The notes under the pieces: generated by a model
The model's database searches: none
The model's input: the letters and a program-made list of their open reading frames with translations, nothing else
What the model was told of the DNA's origin: nothing
Shown here: positions 12,791 through 27,960 of the stretch, piece by piece
Numbering within the stretch: position 1 is the first letter of the stretch
Layout: the number at the start of each line of letters is the position of its first letter
Translations under genes and position numbers: made by a program
From: Octopus bimaculoides
Taxonomy: Eukaryota
Length of the DNA: 64,000 bases
Direction of reading: 5' to 3'
Assembly: GCF_001194135.2 (NCBI RefSeq)
Contig: NC_069005.1
Location: 3,940,690-4,004,689 of the forward strand

Positions 12791-13984
12791 TATTATCGTC
12801 ATCATCATCATTATTATTATTGACAACAAGCAAACTCTTGTGTCTGCTGTTCAATACGCTTTTTTCTATTTTGACGTCCTGATTTCATATTGCACTTAGG
12901 TTGACTTACAAATTTTTGGAGGATCAGAAAGAAAACAATAACTGATTGTGTAGCATGCTACCAATGGAGTCATCGTAGAATACAATTCTAGCATCGGGAT
13001 CAATGTAATCGATCCACGTACTTCCTCCCCCATCGAGTGTGCAGGCCTTGCGTTTATAATAGAAGTTATTACTGCAACCTCAACCATCATGAATTCCCAG
13101 CATGGACATCTTATTCTGTTTTGAAATATTTTTAAAAGATTTCTAATCATAAAGATGTCCATACCAATACTTAGAATAAAAGAGGTATTCTTTTCCTACA
13201 CATCTTAATTATTCCTTTACTATAAGGAATGACTTCCTAAGGGAAAAATCTGTAAATTATTTAAAATCAGACACAGCAGAACTAAGACAAACTTGAAAAA
13301 AAAAAGTATTTTTTACCCATGATCATGTGTTTTACAGCGTATAAACAGAAATTCGGAGCGACAGTTATGAAATTATAACAGTAGGGCAAATAGAAGCACA
13401 CGAAGGTATAGCCAATAAAAAACTAATATGTCGAAGCACAAGAAAAACTTTCTTAAAATGGAAGGAAATTAAGGAAGCTGACAACACCATTTTCTTACGC
13501 TGCAAGTCGTAATATTTCTTTGAAAACCTGCAGCAAAAACAACGAAGATACTAATTTACATAAAAGGAGAAAGAAAAAGAAGCGGAAATATCGAGTGGGA
13601 AACACACAAAAAGAAGCAAGAGTTTTGTCAAATTACCTGTAATATCGATTTTCTTGTTTGCTTAAGTATGGAATATGTATGGACAGAGCACAGTTGCATA
13701 CAGAGCTGTGATAAAATACTTGTAGCGACCCCATGCCTTGGTCTAAAGAATATGTCGAAGAATCAGCGAGAAGAAAATTATTTTGTCGCACGAAACAGAT
13801 GACTTTGTGAACTCAGAGGACAAACTCGCACCTGCCTTGACATTAGGTATGCAGAAAAAGGCAGAAGAAATACGGTAATCAACTTTTCGAAGTTCATGTC
13901 TCGATATCAGTTTGGAAATAGAACAAGTGACGATTAACTAACCCCAATCCACCAAAATTTCAGTTCTTGTGAAAATAATAGGAG

Positions 13985-14400
13985 TTAGCCGAATCTTTAA
14001 CACGCGGGGTAAAATGCTTAGCAATATTTCGTCCGTCTTTACGGGTTCTGAGTGCAAAATCCGCCGAGGTCGACTTTGCCTTTCATCCTTCAGATTAAGC
14101 AATGGGATCGATGTAATCGACTTACCCCATCCCCGAAATTGCTGGCCCTGTGCCAGTAGTAGTAACAGTAAAAGAAAGGCAGTGAGCTTGCGGAATTGCT
14201 TGCATACCAAGCAAAATTCTTTCCGGTGTTTCTTCAGGTTGTACGTTACGAGTTCAAATTCCAGCGGGATCTAATTCGCTTTTATTCCTTTCTGTTGATA
14301 GAATAAGCACCTGTTGAACACAACAGATGTAATCGAATAGTGCCTACCCTCATGCAAAATATTAATGTCTGCAAATGCTTGTGTCTATTGTAGAAAGAAT
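13985..14400 (+). mobile_element. Two tandem SINE family A copies (about 13985-14160 and 14178-14400)
   Basis: Two heads (aaatgcttagc...ttctgagt.caaa.tcc) and two gatgtaatcga blocks. Confidence 0.75.
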
Positions 14401-14556
14401 TATTCTTCCTTGTTTGTATTGATAATCACTCAAAGTCAAGTAAGTTTATTCGAGAACATTTTTTTTAAACAAGATTGCGCAATGGGTCAAATAAACGTGA
14501 GTATTATTTTGTTGCACCCAAAACTGATTCAGCTCTAAATGTAGTATTTCCGTGGA

Positions 14557-14782
14557 CAGAGTGTAGTACTGCAAAAGTTGGTATACAGTAAGTATTACAT
14601 CGATGTTATAATACTCAATTCATTAGAATTATTAGCACTTTAAATTAGTTATCCTCATTTTTTATATTTTCAGTGTCATTAATAATACATTTATCATAAC
14701 TATAATACTTTTATCGTATAAATGAGTATTGTACGTGTTTTCTTTTTTCATACCTGGATACCTACTTTTGCAGCACCCTGTA
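14557..14782. mobile_element. Small Tc1/mariner-type MITE
   Basis: ctgcaaaagttggtatacag (14569-14588) matches the reverse complement of ctggatacctacttttgcag (14754-14773) at 18/20 positions. The right end reads caccctgTA and the interior is AT-rich and non-coding. Confidence 0.6.
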
Positions 14783-15672
14783 TGTTGTACAAATATATTA
14801 TTCAGGTGCGGCGTCATAAAGCATTTTCCATAAAATTAATGTTTTAAGGCATAACATATCGTTAAAATGTCATTAGTTAATGTTGTTGTTACTATAAATA
14901 TTGTTCTATTTCAATATTTTGTACATGAAGCACTTTCCAAAGTTGAAAAAACGAGAGAACTCAGCTATGTTTTCTGAAGTAGTCATTTGAATATCGCTAG
15001 ATTACAAGACACATAGCAGGGGCTGGTAACACATTACTGTAAGATTGCTGTGGAGTTTAACTAGATAATGGAATATTAAAATAACCTGCAAAGAGACAAT
15101 ATTTTAACTAATGAATTGTTTGTACCGCAAGGATTTCAAACAAAAACTACCTCTTTATACTGCTAAAATTTGAGACACACTCGTGACTGATTTTACAAAA
15201 AGACAATGTTTCAATTGCCCCTACTCCCCCCCGCACACACGTAATACATCAAATATTTCTGTAGTAAGCTATAATCGAATTGAAAACCATACACATAAGT
15301 GATATTGATTAATTATTGCCTTAGTAGAAAATATACATTCGAGTTCTTCGTTGATGCTTACCATTATGGGAATAACTATGAGATGTAATGATGTAATGAG
15401 AGGGTTAAGCAGCTTTAGTGTGGTACACGAGAGTAATGTATATCCAAAAACCAGCCTCAGTCGGTTCCAAAAGGATACTGTCTGTGACCAGTTATATCCA
15501 AGGACGTCGGTTATCATTGAGCTGGGGAAAAGTATCTGAGAAATACATGGATTGTTGCATTACATCGAGTATGGCGTGAGAGTGTGATTGTGTATAGGCG
15601 AGCATATATGAGACTGTATATATACCTATGAATACGTGTGTGTGTATCACTCTCTCTCTCTCTCTATTATAT

Positions 15673-15708
<36 letters not shown>

Positions 15709-17081
15709 CGAATCTACCTCGAAAATGTTTTCAGATTTATCCAATACAGCAAAATTTCAATACAGATAGGTTAAAAGGTAGCTTAAAAATATAGCTTACA
15801 TTACATTTCACATACAGATGTACATGTACTTTCACATGCATTCCCGCCTGTGTGGTATGAGCATATAAACTGAAACGTTTGCACGCAGGCTTCTGTGCTT
15901 GTGTTACTCAATGTCAGTATATTCTGGTTTGTTTGCTTTTTTTCTTGCAGATTCACGCATTATAACATCAGGCATCACCTAAAATAACATTTATACCAGG
16001 CATTTTACACACACACACGGACACATACACACAATCATGCACGAATATGTAACATTTATATCAAATACATATTATACTTGAATAACCAGTTATGCAATAC
16101 TCCAACATAATTCGGCGCCAACCTGGTGCGCTGTGGATATGTATTACTCTATGTCGGCCATTTTAAATTATATCATTTGATCGGAATTACGATATTTCGC
16201 CATATCTCTAACGGCTAAATGTTCACTAGTTGTAATTTGAATCTACATGATATATGCAATATAAAAATCATTGCATTTGTGAAATATGATACGTGTATAT
16301 GCTCTTAGAGATATATCAAACACTGAGCAGTTTATGAGTTTAATCTTCTTCGGATATTTTATATTCTGTGTTAATGGTTAGATACGATTATTATAGATTC
16401 TTCTACGTGGTTTTAGAAGGTAGCAGGTGTATTTAAGATTGTCAAAGTCGAAAAAGGAAGCATTTAACGCCGGATTTAAGATATTTTAAAGTTTCTATTC
16501 GTATTTACGTTCTTTAGTCCAGAGATGCAGTACCTGAGTGTATGTGCGTATACCAAAGTTGAATATAAAGTACGGTAACAATGCATCAACGGCACTATTT
16601 CATTAACATAGTTTGGGAGAGATAATTCCGGAATATTAATATAAGTACTAATTAAATAAGAAATATAAATTAAATATTTTCAACAGCGAGTTGTAAGTCC
16701 ATGTAGGAAAGAATATGAGAGAGAGAGAGAGGAGAATGTTAGGTGTGATGTGCAGAAATTGAATATTGAGAAAAAAAAAACTTCGTCAGAAATCCGGAAA
16801 TAAATTTTATTTCTTCATTATTATTATTATTATTAGCGCTTTCGTTCCTTTCTCGAACTTGTCAAATAAAATTTGTGGATGTATAAACAGCGTGTTCATT
16901 TATATAAAACAGATGTTTTTTTTTGTGGCGGTTGTTTATATTAGTTAATTAGAGGATATATTAACCTCTTAAAGGGATGATAACATTCAAGGAAACACTG
17001 GTTCTATCCATTATATCTTTGGGAAATTAAATTTCCCTAAATCAATAATGATATAATCTGCATTAAATTAAGAAAATGGAG

Positions 17082-17213
17082 AGTTAGTGGTTAATAATTA
17101 TTTATTCATAAATTGGTAATCCATTCCTCCTAAAGGTGTTTCCATTTAAATAAATGGAAACAACTGTAGGTAGAAATGATTATCAATTAATAAATAATCA
17201 TTAACCACTAACT
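17082..17213. repeat. Long imperfect palindrome (fold-back with ~65-nt arms)
   Basis: agttagtggttaataattatttatt...tgtttccattta-aa-taaatggaaaca...aataaataatcattaaccactaact; the arms are complementary along their whole length. Confidence 0.9.
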
Positions 17214-17226
17214 ATAATGTTCTTGT

Positions 17227-17282
<56 letters not shown>

Positions 17283-17807
17283 CCAGTTGGAATAGAACAG
17301 TTACTGAAAATTATTCTGCAACTGCATTAGCTTCAAAATTTCATAAGCCTGCAACACCTACCCACGAATTTCGCTATCCATCAGCAACGGTTTATGTTAC
17401 TTCTCGTTTCACTACGTGACCCTAAGACCGAAATGGATTATAACATGCTAGACTTCTATTTCTTTTTTGATCCTCCAAAATACAATACAAGGCAGATTTT
17501 CAAACATTCTCTTTTTGTATTGCAAGTTGCATTGTCTCAGCACAGTCAACTATATATATCTATATATATATAAGTAAAGTATGGTAAACATACTTCCTAA
17601 AAATCAATGCGACAGCTTCTAAAACCACCGTAAATATTACGATAAATATATACACGAGCAAAGCAATGAATATTTTTTTTAAAAAAGACGTACCACCTCT
17701 GAATAGAATACAAAGATAATATTTATATTGTACCTGTATAGGTACAACCTTGCTAGCTACCTTATTATTACTTTATATAACGGTAATAATACTACACACA
17801 CACAAAC

Positions 17808-17808
<1 letters not shown>

Positions 17809-17881
<73 letters not shown>

Positions 17882-17895
17882 TATACACACACACA
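17809..17895. repeat. (TA)n microsatellite; similar tracts near 15670, 17230, 19820, 26335, 32412, 35577, 36276, 42467, 43838, 49696, 50070, 53985, 62840 and 63655
   Basis: Seen directly. Confidence 0.97.
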
Positions 17896-19815
17896 CAAGA
17901 GATGGAGTACGGATTGAATTCATGAATACATGTTGAAATCCTTCTCCAGAATCATTTCGGAAATGGTGCATTTACCAGGGAACTTAATGTCATAGAATGT
18001 AGTAATATACCTGAATTTTATATAATAAAATCACTCTTCGCAACTTATTGAGAACCTATCGTTCGTGAATATTCTTCGCATCATATCTATGTGTCTGTGT
18101 GTTTAAGTTGCACAAATATACTCACGATAGGTGAGTGTGAAAATTTATGTGTATATATGTATTCCGGATACATGTGAATTCATTTGCTCTTACATATTTC
18201 ATGAATTAATGAAATTATATTATCCACGCTTTACCTTATTTTTTTTGTATGTATGTGCATATCATAAATATATATTTCATCCTACACAGCACAGCTCCAT
18301 ATCTTACGTAATGTCATTACGTCCTCTAATACGAGAATTAGTATCTAAATGTATGTGATAATGTCATGTTAATTTATAAAAAAGTAGTATAACATAATCC
18401 GTTTTAAATTATATTTAATAAAATTTAGGTTTTTTAGATTGCATCGTTGTCGAAATCTTTAGAGACATTTTAAAGATGCAAACAGCATTAAATTCAATTT
18501 TCCTTATTTCATAATTCTATTAAGTGATATTATATAGAAATATATTTCGTTTAACATCTACCACACCACCACAGCATTTATCTATTGCCTAGCAACTGAA
18601 AGTCGGAAATTATTTAGAGGAACAGATGGACATAGTTTTGACAGAATGTTTCTCATCGATGTCGAAGGTAGCTCACATGTGTATCATACATCATTTTCTT
18701 CATTTACCTGGGAACTGTTGAACTGTAAAGGTTTCCATCTTGTCGAACCATTCACTGGTTCACTAAAGTCTTGGTGGTGATGGCCACAAATCATTGTCAA
18801 TAAATGGATGCAAAAGAATACACATTTCGTAGCTCCCTCCAAAAGCCGGTGTTTCCGACTTTCTCGCATACGCGATGTTTTGCCAAAGACAAAAACACGT
18901 ACACACACGTCACTAATATATATATATACATATATACAGAGAGAGGGGGAGAGAGGTGGTGCGTATGATATTTGACGACAGATTTAGGTTTATAAAGAAA
19001 AAAACATTTAATAATATAACTTTATGAAAGACTGCTATGAGGATAAAAAGAAACCTTTTCTATAATGTCATTCAATAAAGCCACATTCAGTTTCAATAAC
19101 TGCTTAAAACAACGATTATACACAGCAAAAAATGCTGCAATGATCGAAAAAAATGTATGTCCTCAAATACCTAACGCACCCTGTATATATAATCTCCCTG
19201 TATCTCCGTCTAAGAAAGTTGGAACTTCCACGCACACATTTTACTGCAACCATGAGTAAAATAGAGTTACACTAGTTCCTAGGTAATGGGAACTTACTTG
19301 GAACCATGAAGATAGGAAGAACTGGGTAGCCACAGATCGGCTAATACTCATTCTTCCTCCTTAGGCCTGAAAAGCATCTCAAACATTAAGAGTGCTAACT
19401 ACAGCTATTCTTCTTCAAAGAACAGGAATTATCAATGATTATCTTGTGATCAACCGATGGTAGATAGCGATAGTAACAAGAATAAATTACAATAATAGAG
19501 CATTGAAGATGGAAAGAAAAACCTCGCTCAGCTTCGGTATTATAGACACAGGTCCAAGTAGAGGTCAATAATACACCACGACAACGATGATGATGAACTT
19601 GGTATTTGTAAGTATTCTGTAGAGACGTTATAGAACTTGATCAGTCTTATTTTACTTGTAACAACTACACCGGAGACACTACACTCTTGAGAATGAGACT
19701 GCGATAATTTTAATTCAATAGCTAAGAACGAAATACCTTATCTTTAAATTATTTATAAAGACTTTGAATCGTGGGATATTTATCAACAACACGCTCACAA
19801 AAACATACACACACA

Positions 19816-19868
<53 letters not shown>

Positions 19869-22800
19869 CACACCTATATACTCATTCTATATCATTGTAA
19901 TGCCGAGGGTATTCGATGTAATATACTGCTAGTCGCAACACGTCTTCACATTGCTGCGGTTTTATAGAGTGCCATCTTCTTGGCTACCTTTTCTGATACT
20001 TTTACGATCAAGAAAAAATGGAATGCAAGGTGAACTTGGGTTGAATTTCGACTCAGCTAATTTTCTCTGGCACTTTACCTTCTAAGTGAAAATCAGGGGC
20101 TTATAAGGTATTACAAATGACCACAGGTAACTGTGACCCCTATCGGAACACATTGATTTTGCTTGCTGGTATATCTTGGTAGTTCACACACAAATCTTGA
20201 AGAAAAATTTACCACTACGATTCATTTTCTACAAGAATAGGAAGGAGAGGTTTTTATTTAAAGTAATAATTCTCCTGGTACAAGTGAATAATTTCAAAGG
20301 AAGGCACTGGTCGATTACAACCACCTTCAAAAATTGATTGTAGTTTTATCCATTCTGAAAGGATAAAGGCAAAGTTGAATAGGAAAATTTAAAGAAACGG
20401 CTGACATACAAAACATTTCTTCCGACTCTCCAACGATACAGGTAAATAGTGGTAACATTAAGGTAGTTGCAGTGATGCATTAAGTAACCATAATACCATG
20501 AATAGCATCAGAAATGGCGACAGCAAATTTGTCCTTTACACATCGGTAACGAATTAAATGCCGCTGTTTTGTACTCCTATGCGCCATGTGGTTTGGACAT
20601 AACAGACATTTTCACGTGAGGCAACATGACAGAATATATCTCAATTATATTAATCCTTACAAATATATAATGAAAGCAAAATTTTCAAAACAAAACTCAA
20701 TATCAACGAAAGAGGAGTGCAACCAGAATAGCAATAGAAACTTTAAATCAAAGAAACTATCGATGTAATGTTTTATTATAAATTAATCAAAAGGTTTGGT
20801 TGTATTGACTTCATTACATTAGTTCTGTAATTTGATGGAATTCTGCTTGTATATATGAATATATCACAATATACATCAAAGCAAAACTTTCATGATATTC
20901 GTCAACATTTCCATTGTTCAGCTGTTTTAATTCCTGTTTTAATTTTCCGAAAATATTTCGGTAACTTCATTAAGTTTTGTTATTTATTTCTGAGTAGAAA
21001 ATATGTTTGTGAAAGTATGAACAAATGTGCGGGAGAAAAAAGTTTGTTCATGCGTGTGTACCAAGATATTTCTGTATAAATACATACATTTTATATATAA
21101 CGTGTGTGTATGAGATGAGTTTCTAACAAAATTATAAGTTGTTATCCGTACATATACGTGTAAAATCTACATACATATTTACATGTGTGTACATGCTTTT
21201 AGTGCTTTAGATTGTAATGCCAGTAAGCTGGTACTTATACTAATGTGTATTATAAACACACATACACATATATTAGTGTTATACGCCTACCCATGTTTAA
21301 CCAATAGCATATAACATCAATGTATTAATGTTAGCAAATGTACCTGTGCGTCTCGGGATGTATCCTCATACCTAGTGCATGATACACATTTTTTAATTAT
21401 TGTATCAGCTTTAGAAATAGCATTTAGTCTCTTATTAAAATCCATATTACTTTACGGGATCAAATAATTGGGCAACGATGATACAGGGGTAAAAACTTCA
21501 AACAACAGTCAGTGGTGTCGGCATTAGTGGAATTTGGTTTAGAATTTTATAGATTTATCTTCTATCTGACTGAGACTGTTTACCTCAGTAACAGTTTCAT
21601 AAAGGATTACTGAGACTCAAGTGAGAAAAAGAGAAATTAAAACACCAGGAAATGTGAGAGATCGTGAGTGGGAGGAAATCCAGAAATGAAATTGGGGGTA
21701 CCACATGCAAGAATGAAAGTCACAATTTTCATCGTATCCTGGAGATTGCTAGAAAGGAAATCCCTTTTCACTGAATTTAATTGATCTTATTTTTAACGCA
21801 TATTTTACTTTAGGAAAATTCTGATTCTGTTGATATATTCTTCAATGAACGTGTATGAAACAACCCCCATGATTTTAGAAGTAGTGTATCTAAATTTTAC
21901 ATTATCCGATGCCTGTTTAGACGACGGCATGTTTTCTAAGTGAAATGAAGGAAGCTTGTCGTTAAGGTAGTTGCCCCAGTTCGTGAACCATCATTGGGCA
22001 GGATATATAAATTAAAAGATTTTAACAGACCACTCAACGTTCACCTGGATCTGATTCCATCTTTTGTGAAAACAATTTTACATAGAAAACACTAAATATG
22101 TGTTTGATTGCGTATGTGTTACATGCATGAATACATGGGCTCAATCGTTGAGTTTATAACGTTTACATTGTATGCAAAAGATTTCATATTCGATGTCGGT
22201 GATGGGCACCTAGTGCAATTGTCTTCTACTGAAGTCTCCATCAGCAATACGTTCCGATAGAAAATTCTTTACAAAACGTATGCAGATATATTTACGTGAA
22301 TGTACATGAATGTTATCTTTACTTCCGTCAGTCGACAAGCGAACAATTATATACAAGCCCTGTAATCTAGAATTTTGTGAAAGAGTAGTGACGAAATGAA
22401 TGCATAGAGTATATTGCAGGAGATATAATCGACAAAGCAAACCCTACAGTTTGATCGCAATCCTACAACCGAAACAAATTCTCGAATAAAATAATTGATA
22501 GGCATCACGGCATCACTTCACCGAACGCTAATATGAAACATGAAAAATGAATGAACATGCGCTAGTTCATTAGGGGCAGTTATTTTTATCAATTTTTGGT
22601 CAAATGATTTAGATTCTCGAAGCACGTGACACACAATATTGTCATTCTAAAATCATTTTCTCTCTTTGCCGTGTTAATTTATTCCCTAATCTTTCAAAGA
22701 ATTATAGTGTCACACCCTTTTCTCTTTTTTAATCTCAAACCCTCACTAAAACTGAACTGAAATATTTGAGCTCACTTTATGAATAATATTCAAAATACCT

Positions 22801-23891
22801 CCCATATCACTTCCAGTCAATATTTCCTTTTTAATTGGGAATGTTTCGGATGCTGAGTGTGTAGTTATGCATATTCCTGAAGCTCTTTGTCAGACGTCCT
22901 TTTTTTCTCCCTCTTCTACGATTTTATCTGCTGCTGCTTGTTAATTAATTTCAGCACAATTACTATTATTATCTTCATCCTCGTTATTATCAGTATTATG
23001 TTAATATTATTATTAACATTTGTTCATCATCACCACCACCATTGTAAAGAGAGATGGAGATTTGGTTTTCAATTTGTTAATAAAAGTTACGTTTTGAATT
23101 ACGTGTAAAAGAATCGAAAAAAACAAAATATTAATGGATTTATCACCACCACGTCAGAGTGTGTTAAAGGTTATACATGTGATTGGCAGGATTACACGAG
23201 TGATGTCACATTTTTAGAGTTATGGCGTTGCTGTTAGAATCTCAATTCAACAGCACTTTGTTTAATGATCCACAATACGTGATGCTTGGGCTTTCATTTA
23301 TGATAATTCAATAACAATCATCATGTTCATGCAGTGCAGTGCATTTCATATGAATCACAAACCAGCATGTGCATTCGCTCATACACACGCACTCGCGTAT
23401 AATTTTCTCGTGTTTATTGACGAAGAAATGAAGGAAGTGAGCAAGATAATAAAAAAAAAGAAAGAAAGAGTTAGAGACAGAGTCTTGCATGACTTATCTA
23501 ATGGATCATTTATTTCAACTAAATTTTTTTTGAAACAACTGACGTAAACGAATATTTACGAAATATTTAACTGTCTTATGTGTCTTTCTATGTAAAAATA
23601 TACACATACATTTGAATTCATAAACACACACATGTGTGAACATACATATAGGCAAACACAACCTTACACATGCATACACGCAAAGAATATCTAAGAGGGT
23701 AGGCAAGTGTTTTTTTTTTGTTTTTTTTTTTTCATAAAAATTGTCTGCACACGTATTACAATTATTTTAGTTGAAAATTATGTTTCTCTTTTTCCATCAC
23801 ATTGCAAAAGGCACCAGACTGACGACAGAAAAATAAATTCAGCTTCATGAGAAAGCATCTCGCTATCTTTCACTCTGAATGTGGTGTGTAT

Positions 23892-23925
<34 letters not shown>

Positions 23926-24454
23926 CTTTTTTGAATCCGGGTAAAATCGAACTAGAAATATCTTTAAATATCGTGTAAATAATTGTACAACGCTTTGGGT
24001 GCAAAGAAGCGGATGCTGTCCAGACAATATATGACTCTTCTAATGATAGCATTTGCACACTTAACTATATATGACCTGGTTCGAGTTTTACGTTCCTAGA
24101 AAAATATATTTGTTCTCTTGAAGTTACTAAAATTTCTATTCCTACATCTATAGCTATCTTCATATATCATATCTAATATCGTACGTCTACCCATTTATAT
24201 ACATATATAAACATATATATATACATGCTAATAAAAAAGAAAGATCGTAGAGATTATTACAACTGTCTGAAAAACATATAGGGTGCATTTTGCGTAGCAT
24301 TGCTAGTGTCTTGTAGCCATCCGGTATACATATTCATCAGGTGTGTACGTAAAACACACCTGCTTTTCTTTAGAAATTACTGTAGAACTCACCTAAACTA
24401 GTTTACGTGGATGTAAATAAACACCGAATATTAAGTGGTGGAAATGGAGGGGGG

Positions 24455-24640
24455 CAAACAAGAATAGACACGCACAAATATACACACTTGCAAGACGGGT
24501 TTCGCGTTTTCAACCAAATCCTCTTGCAAGGCATTGATCGCCCCTCAGACTATAGTACCCTCTACCTGCCGACGATTGAGTGCAGTGTGACCGAATCCGA
24601 AACGTTTTAATTGCAGAGGAAGTTTCTTAACAACACACTT
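24455..24640 (-). mobile_element. SINE family B, old degenerate copy
   Basis: caaccaaatcc...gcaaggcattgatcg...gactatagta...gcagtgtgaccgaatccg aligns loosely with the family B head region. Confidence 0.5.
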
Positions 24641-26328
24641 ATGCCAGTGTGTATATGAGAGATTTGGAGGCACACACCCAGACAGAGTACAGATAAAATT
24701 GCAGACAATGTAAAATCTATATAAAGTGCGTAGACTAGTTTACCAGTAAAACTCCGACTTCAACGGCGACTAAAACAAATGTGATTTTGCCTCTGCCTAG
24801 TAATGAATAACTAAAAATGGTTCATTGTTCTGCAGTTAGATGCATATTAGAACAGACGTATAAACAAGCAAAATATGTAGTATCGCTTTGTAGCATATTA
24901 TCTGAGGATATTCCTTAATTCTTCCTCTCTAAAGATGAAACAGTGGGCTTTATGCGGTAATATCTGTTCAATGAGATATACACCATATTCACAGCTATTC
25001 AAGAAACAGCTATAAGCAATTTAGGCACAACTTAATGCCTAATTTAAACTAACAACTCTGAAATTATATTTCAGTTATAAATTCCACGCTAAAAATTAAT
25101 ACGTTTCGCCTATTCATACTTATACATATATAAGAAATATATTTCAATCCCATTTCTCTTAAAATGAATGTCATCCGTATCACCTCGTCTCCTACTTGAC
25201 AAACTGTTTTTGTCTAGGTTCAAGCCATCATATATTAAATTATAAGTATATTTACATGAAATATAAGCTCGACCGCAGAAACAATAACAAAGGAACAGCA
25301 TCTGGTTGCCCAATCAGCTACAAAACACTTCGAAATGTTGAAATCGAATCCTCTAACACTTAGCGCTAAAAGTAGATAAGTCGGCACAAAATCGTACTAC
25401 TATTTACTGTAGGAAGTTGTTTTTATCTAACTACTTTCAAGCGTGAAAAGATTTTGTATAGTTTTCTTGTTTGAAATATACCTCTCTAGAGCAATGTATC
25501 AGACACTTCTAGTAGAGAATAAAAAATCCGCACCTACAAAAGATACAGAAAACGTAGTCCAGAACCAGAAATTATCAATTGCAAATTTTTGTAGAGGATC
25601 GAAACGAGTAAGAGAATGAGCACACAAATTAATTACGCGTCAAAGGATGAAATGTTAAGTCATCCACTGGATAATATAAGCGTGGTATACTTAAGAACAT
25701 GACATGTATATTACCACAATGATTTAGGGCAAAAAGAATTTGTATAACGTCAACAAGACCAATTATGACTATTATTACAGAAGAAACAACTAAGAAAAAC
25801 AATAAAATTTATCTTCAAACATAAATGCACTTCAGCTTGGAAATAAAAGAGCTTCGTTCGTGAATGAATATTTAAAATGATAAAAAATATAATTAAGAAA
25901 AAAGTATTTAAATATATAGCGCTTGATGTATATATGTGTGTATTCTTTTGGAGACAAGTGTGCATGCTATCGTGCATACTGCTACTATATTTTTTCAATA
26001 TGTTTTGTTCCATACACTAATTCGCGTACTATATATATTTATATCAAAGTAAGGAAATATATATTATATAAAACTCACATTATGCACACACACATCTATG
26101 TACTCTTACACGCACATATGAACAGAAAGTGATTAGAATTGATGTGGGATGAGTGGAGTTATCATGAAGAGAATTTATTGTTAAAACATTAACCCAGGAA
26201 CATAAAAATAAAACGATATTATTATGTCCAATGACAAACCAATTAATATCTCGACGAATTCTAGACGTATGTTCTATCATGTACAGTCATAAACCTAATA
26301 GGATTTTGGCGCCACTTTCATCACTTTA

Positions 26329-26376
<48 letters not shown>

Positions 26377-27809
26377 TTGTAATATATTAGTGTAATATAC
26401 ACATACACACGCAACCGTGTTTGTATATACACACAGACGCAAATGTATATATAGTATACGCATTTATATGACTATTACGTATGTGCATAAACATAATACG
26501 TTTTTCACTCTGCTTTGTTGCTTCCAATCAGTGCCTGCCTTGACAATTTAGCAATATTGGTGTTAACGTTTGGCAAAATGGACAGCGATTTTGAAGGAAG
26601 TGGATTAAGCCGGTTACATCAACCCAAGGATCTACAACTACTAGTCACCAACCTCGAACCGATGGGATTTGAGCTCAAAGCATTGAGATTGATAAAAAAA
26701 ACCCACTAAGTATTTCCCCATCGAGTTGATAACGATTCTGCCAGTTCACCACTTTGCTCCCCTTAACATTGCCCCCTAAACTGTGTAATATTGGTAATGT
26801 TAAATTGAGTAACTGATAAATGTAGAAGAGCAGCTATGCCACTTATGAACACAATTGGTAGCCTTTAGAATGGACGGTTGTACAACTACAACGTACCACG
26901 TTAATCTTATCTATCAACTCGTTCAGTACTCATATCCTTGAATCTCATTTTTGTCTAACGTTGGAAAATTATTCACTAACCCTTTGTTTTTTCTCATTTT
27001 ATTCACAAGTTTTTTTCTGTTATTTATGCTACCTATCATAATGTAAATTTTAGTAGGTTAACATTGGTCTTCGCACGTCAACTTATGTTTATTTGAACAG
27101 AACCCAACGGTCCTAGTCTTACTTTGCCAAACTTCTAAAATGTTCACCGATTTCTCCACTTATATCACCTATGTATATTCAATTCTCATAGGTAATTTTC
27201 TAACACAAATCAAATGAGAGATGGCCAAACCATTGGAATAAAGCTTCGAATTTCCTCGGGGGAGTAGCCTTTGACAAGTTTGTCAGTTTTCATCACACGC
27301 ATATTTAATCACGCACGAAAATAATTCCAAATAAAGGCCAAACAAAAAATAAATAAGAAAGAAGCAAGTAAAAAGTATCTCTACAATCTTCCTGGATAGC
27401 TTTGTGAAGAAACTTCCCATTTTTATCTAATTATCAGCATTCTGTATATATTTTTTGTTCTTTTATTAATCGTGTGATAAAACAGAATTAGCTTCAAGTT
27501 TGCACTACAAATTAAATTTGTCTTTGTTCATGTCTAAAATAGTGTTGAATCGTGTACTCTCTCACTTCTTGACAATGTTTAAATAAGTACAATATATGTG
27601 TATTTGAAATTATCAGCTTTTCGAATCTTCAAAGCTTCGTAATTCCGTTCTGGTCGGCGTTGTAGTTCTGTAACCTATCTCATTCATTAGCATCTAAAAC
27701 TTTCAAAAGTTGCACTGCATCTATAACCATACATTCGTTTCCTTTGGGATGCTGCATCCCGAACTACATTAATGTCTCCTTTCATTATTTAATATTTAGT
27801 GTATGAAAG

Positions 27810-27960
27810 GCGGAGACCTGGCAGAATTGTTGCACTGGCCAAAATGCTTAGCGGCATTTTGCCCGTTTTTACGTTATGAGTTCAAATATTGCCTGGTCGA
27901 ATAGCCCGATCTTGCGGGCCTTATGCCAAAATTTGAAACTATTTTTCCAAGTAAAAATAT
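27810..27960 (+). mobile_element. SINE family A, internally deleted copy
   Basis: ggcggagacctggcagaattgtt...aaaatgcttagcggcatttt...gagttcaaat, showing A and B boxes. Confidence 0.7.
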
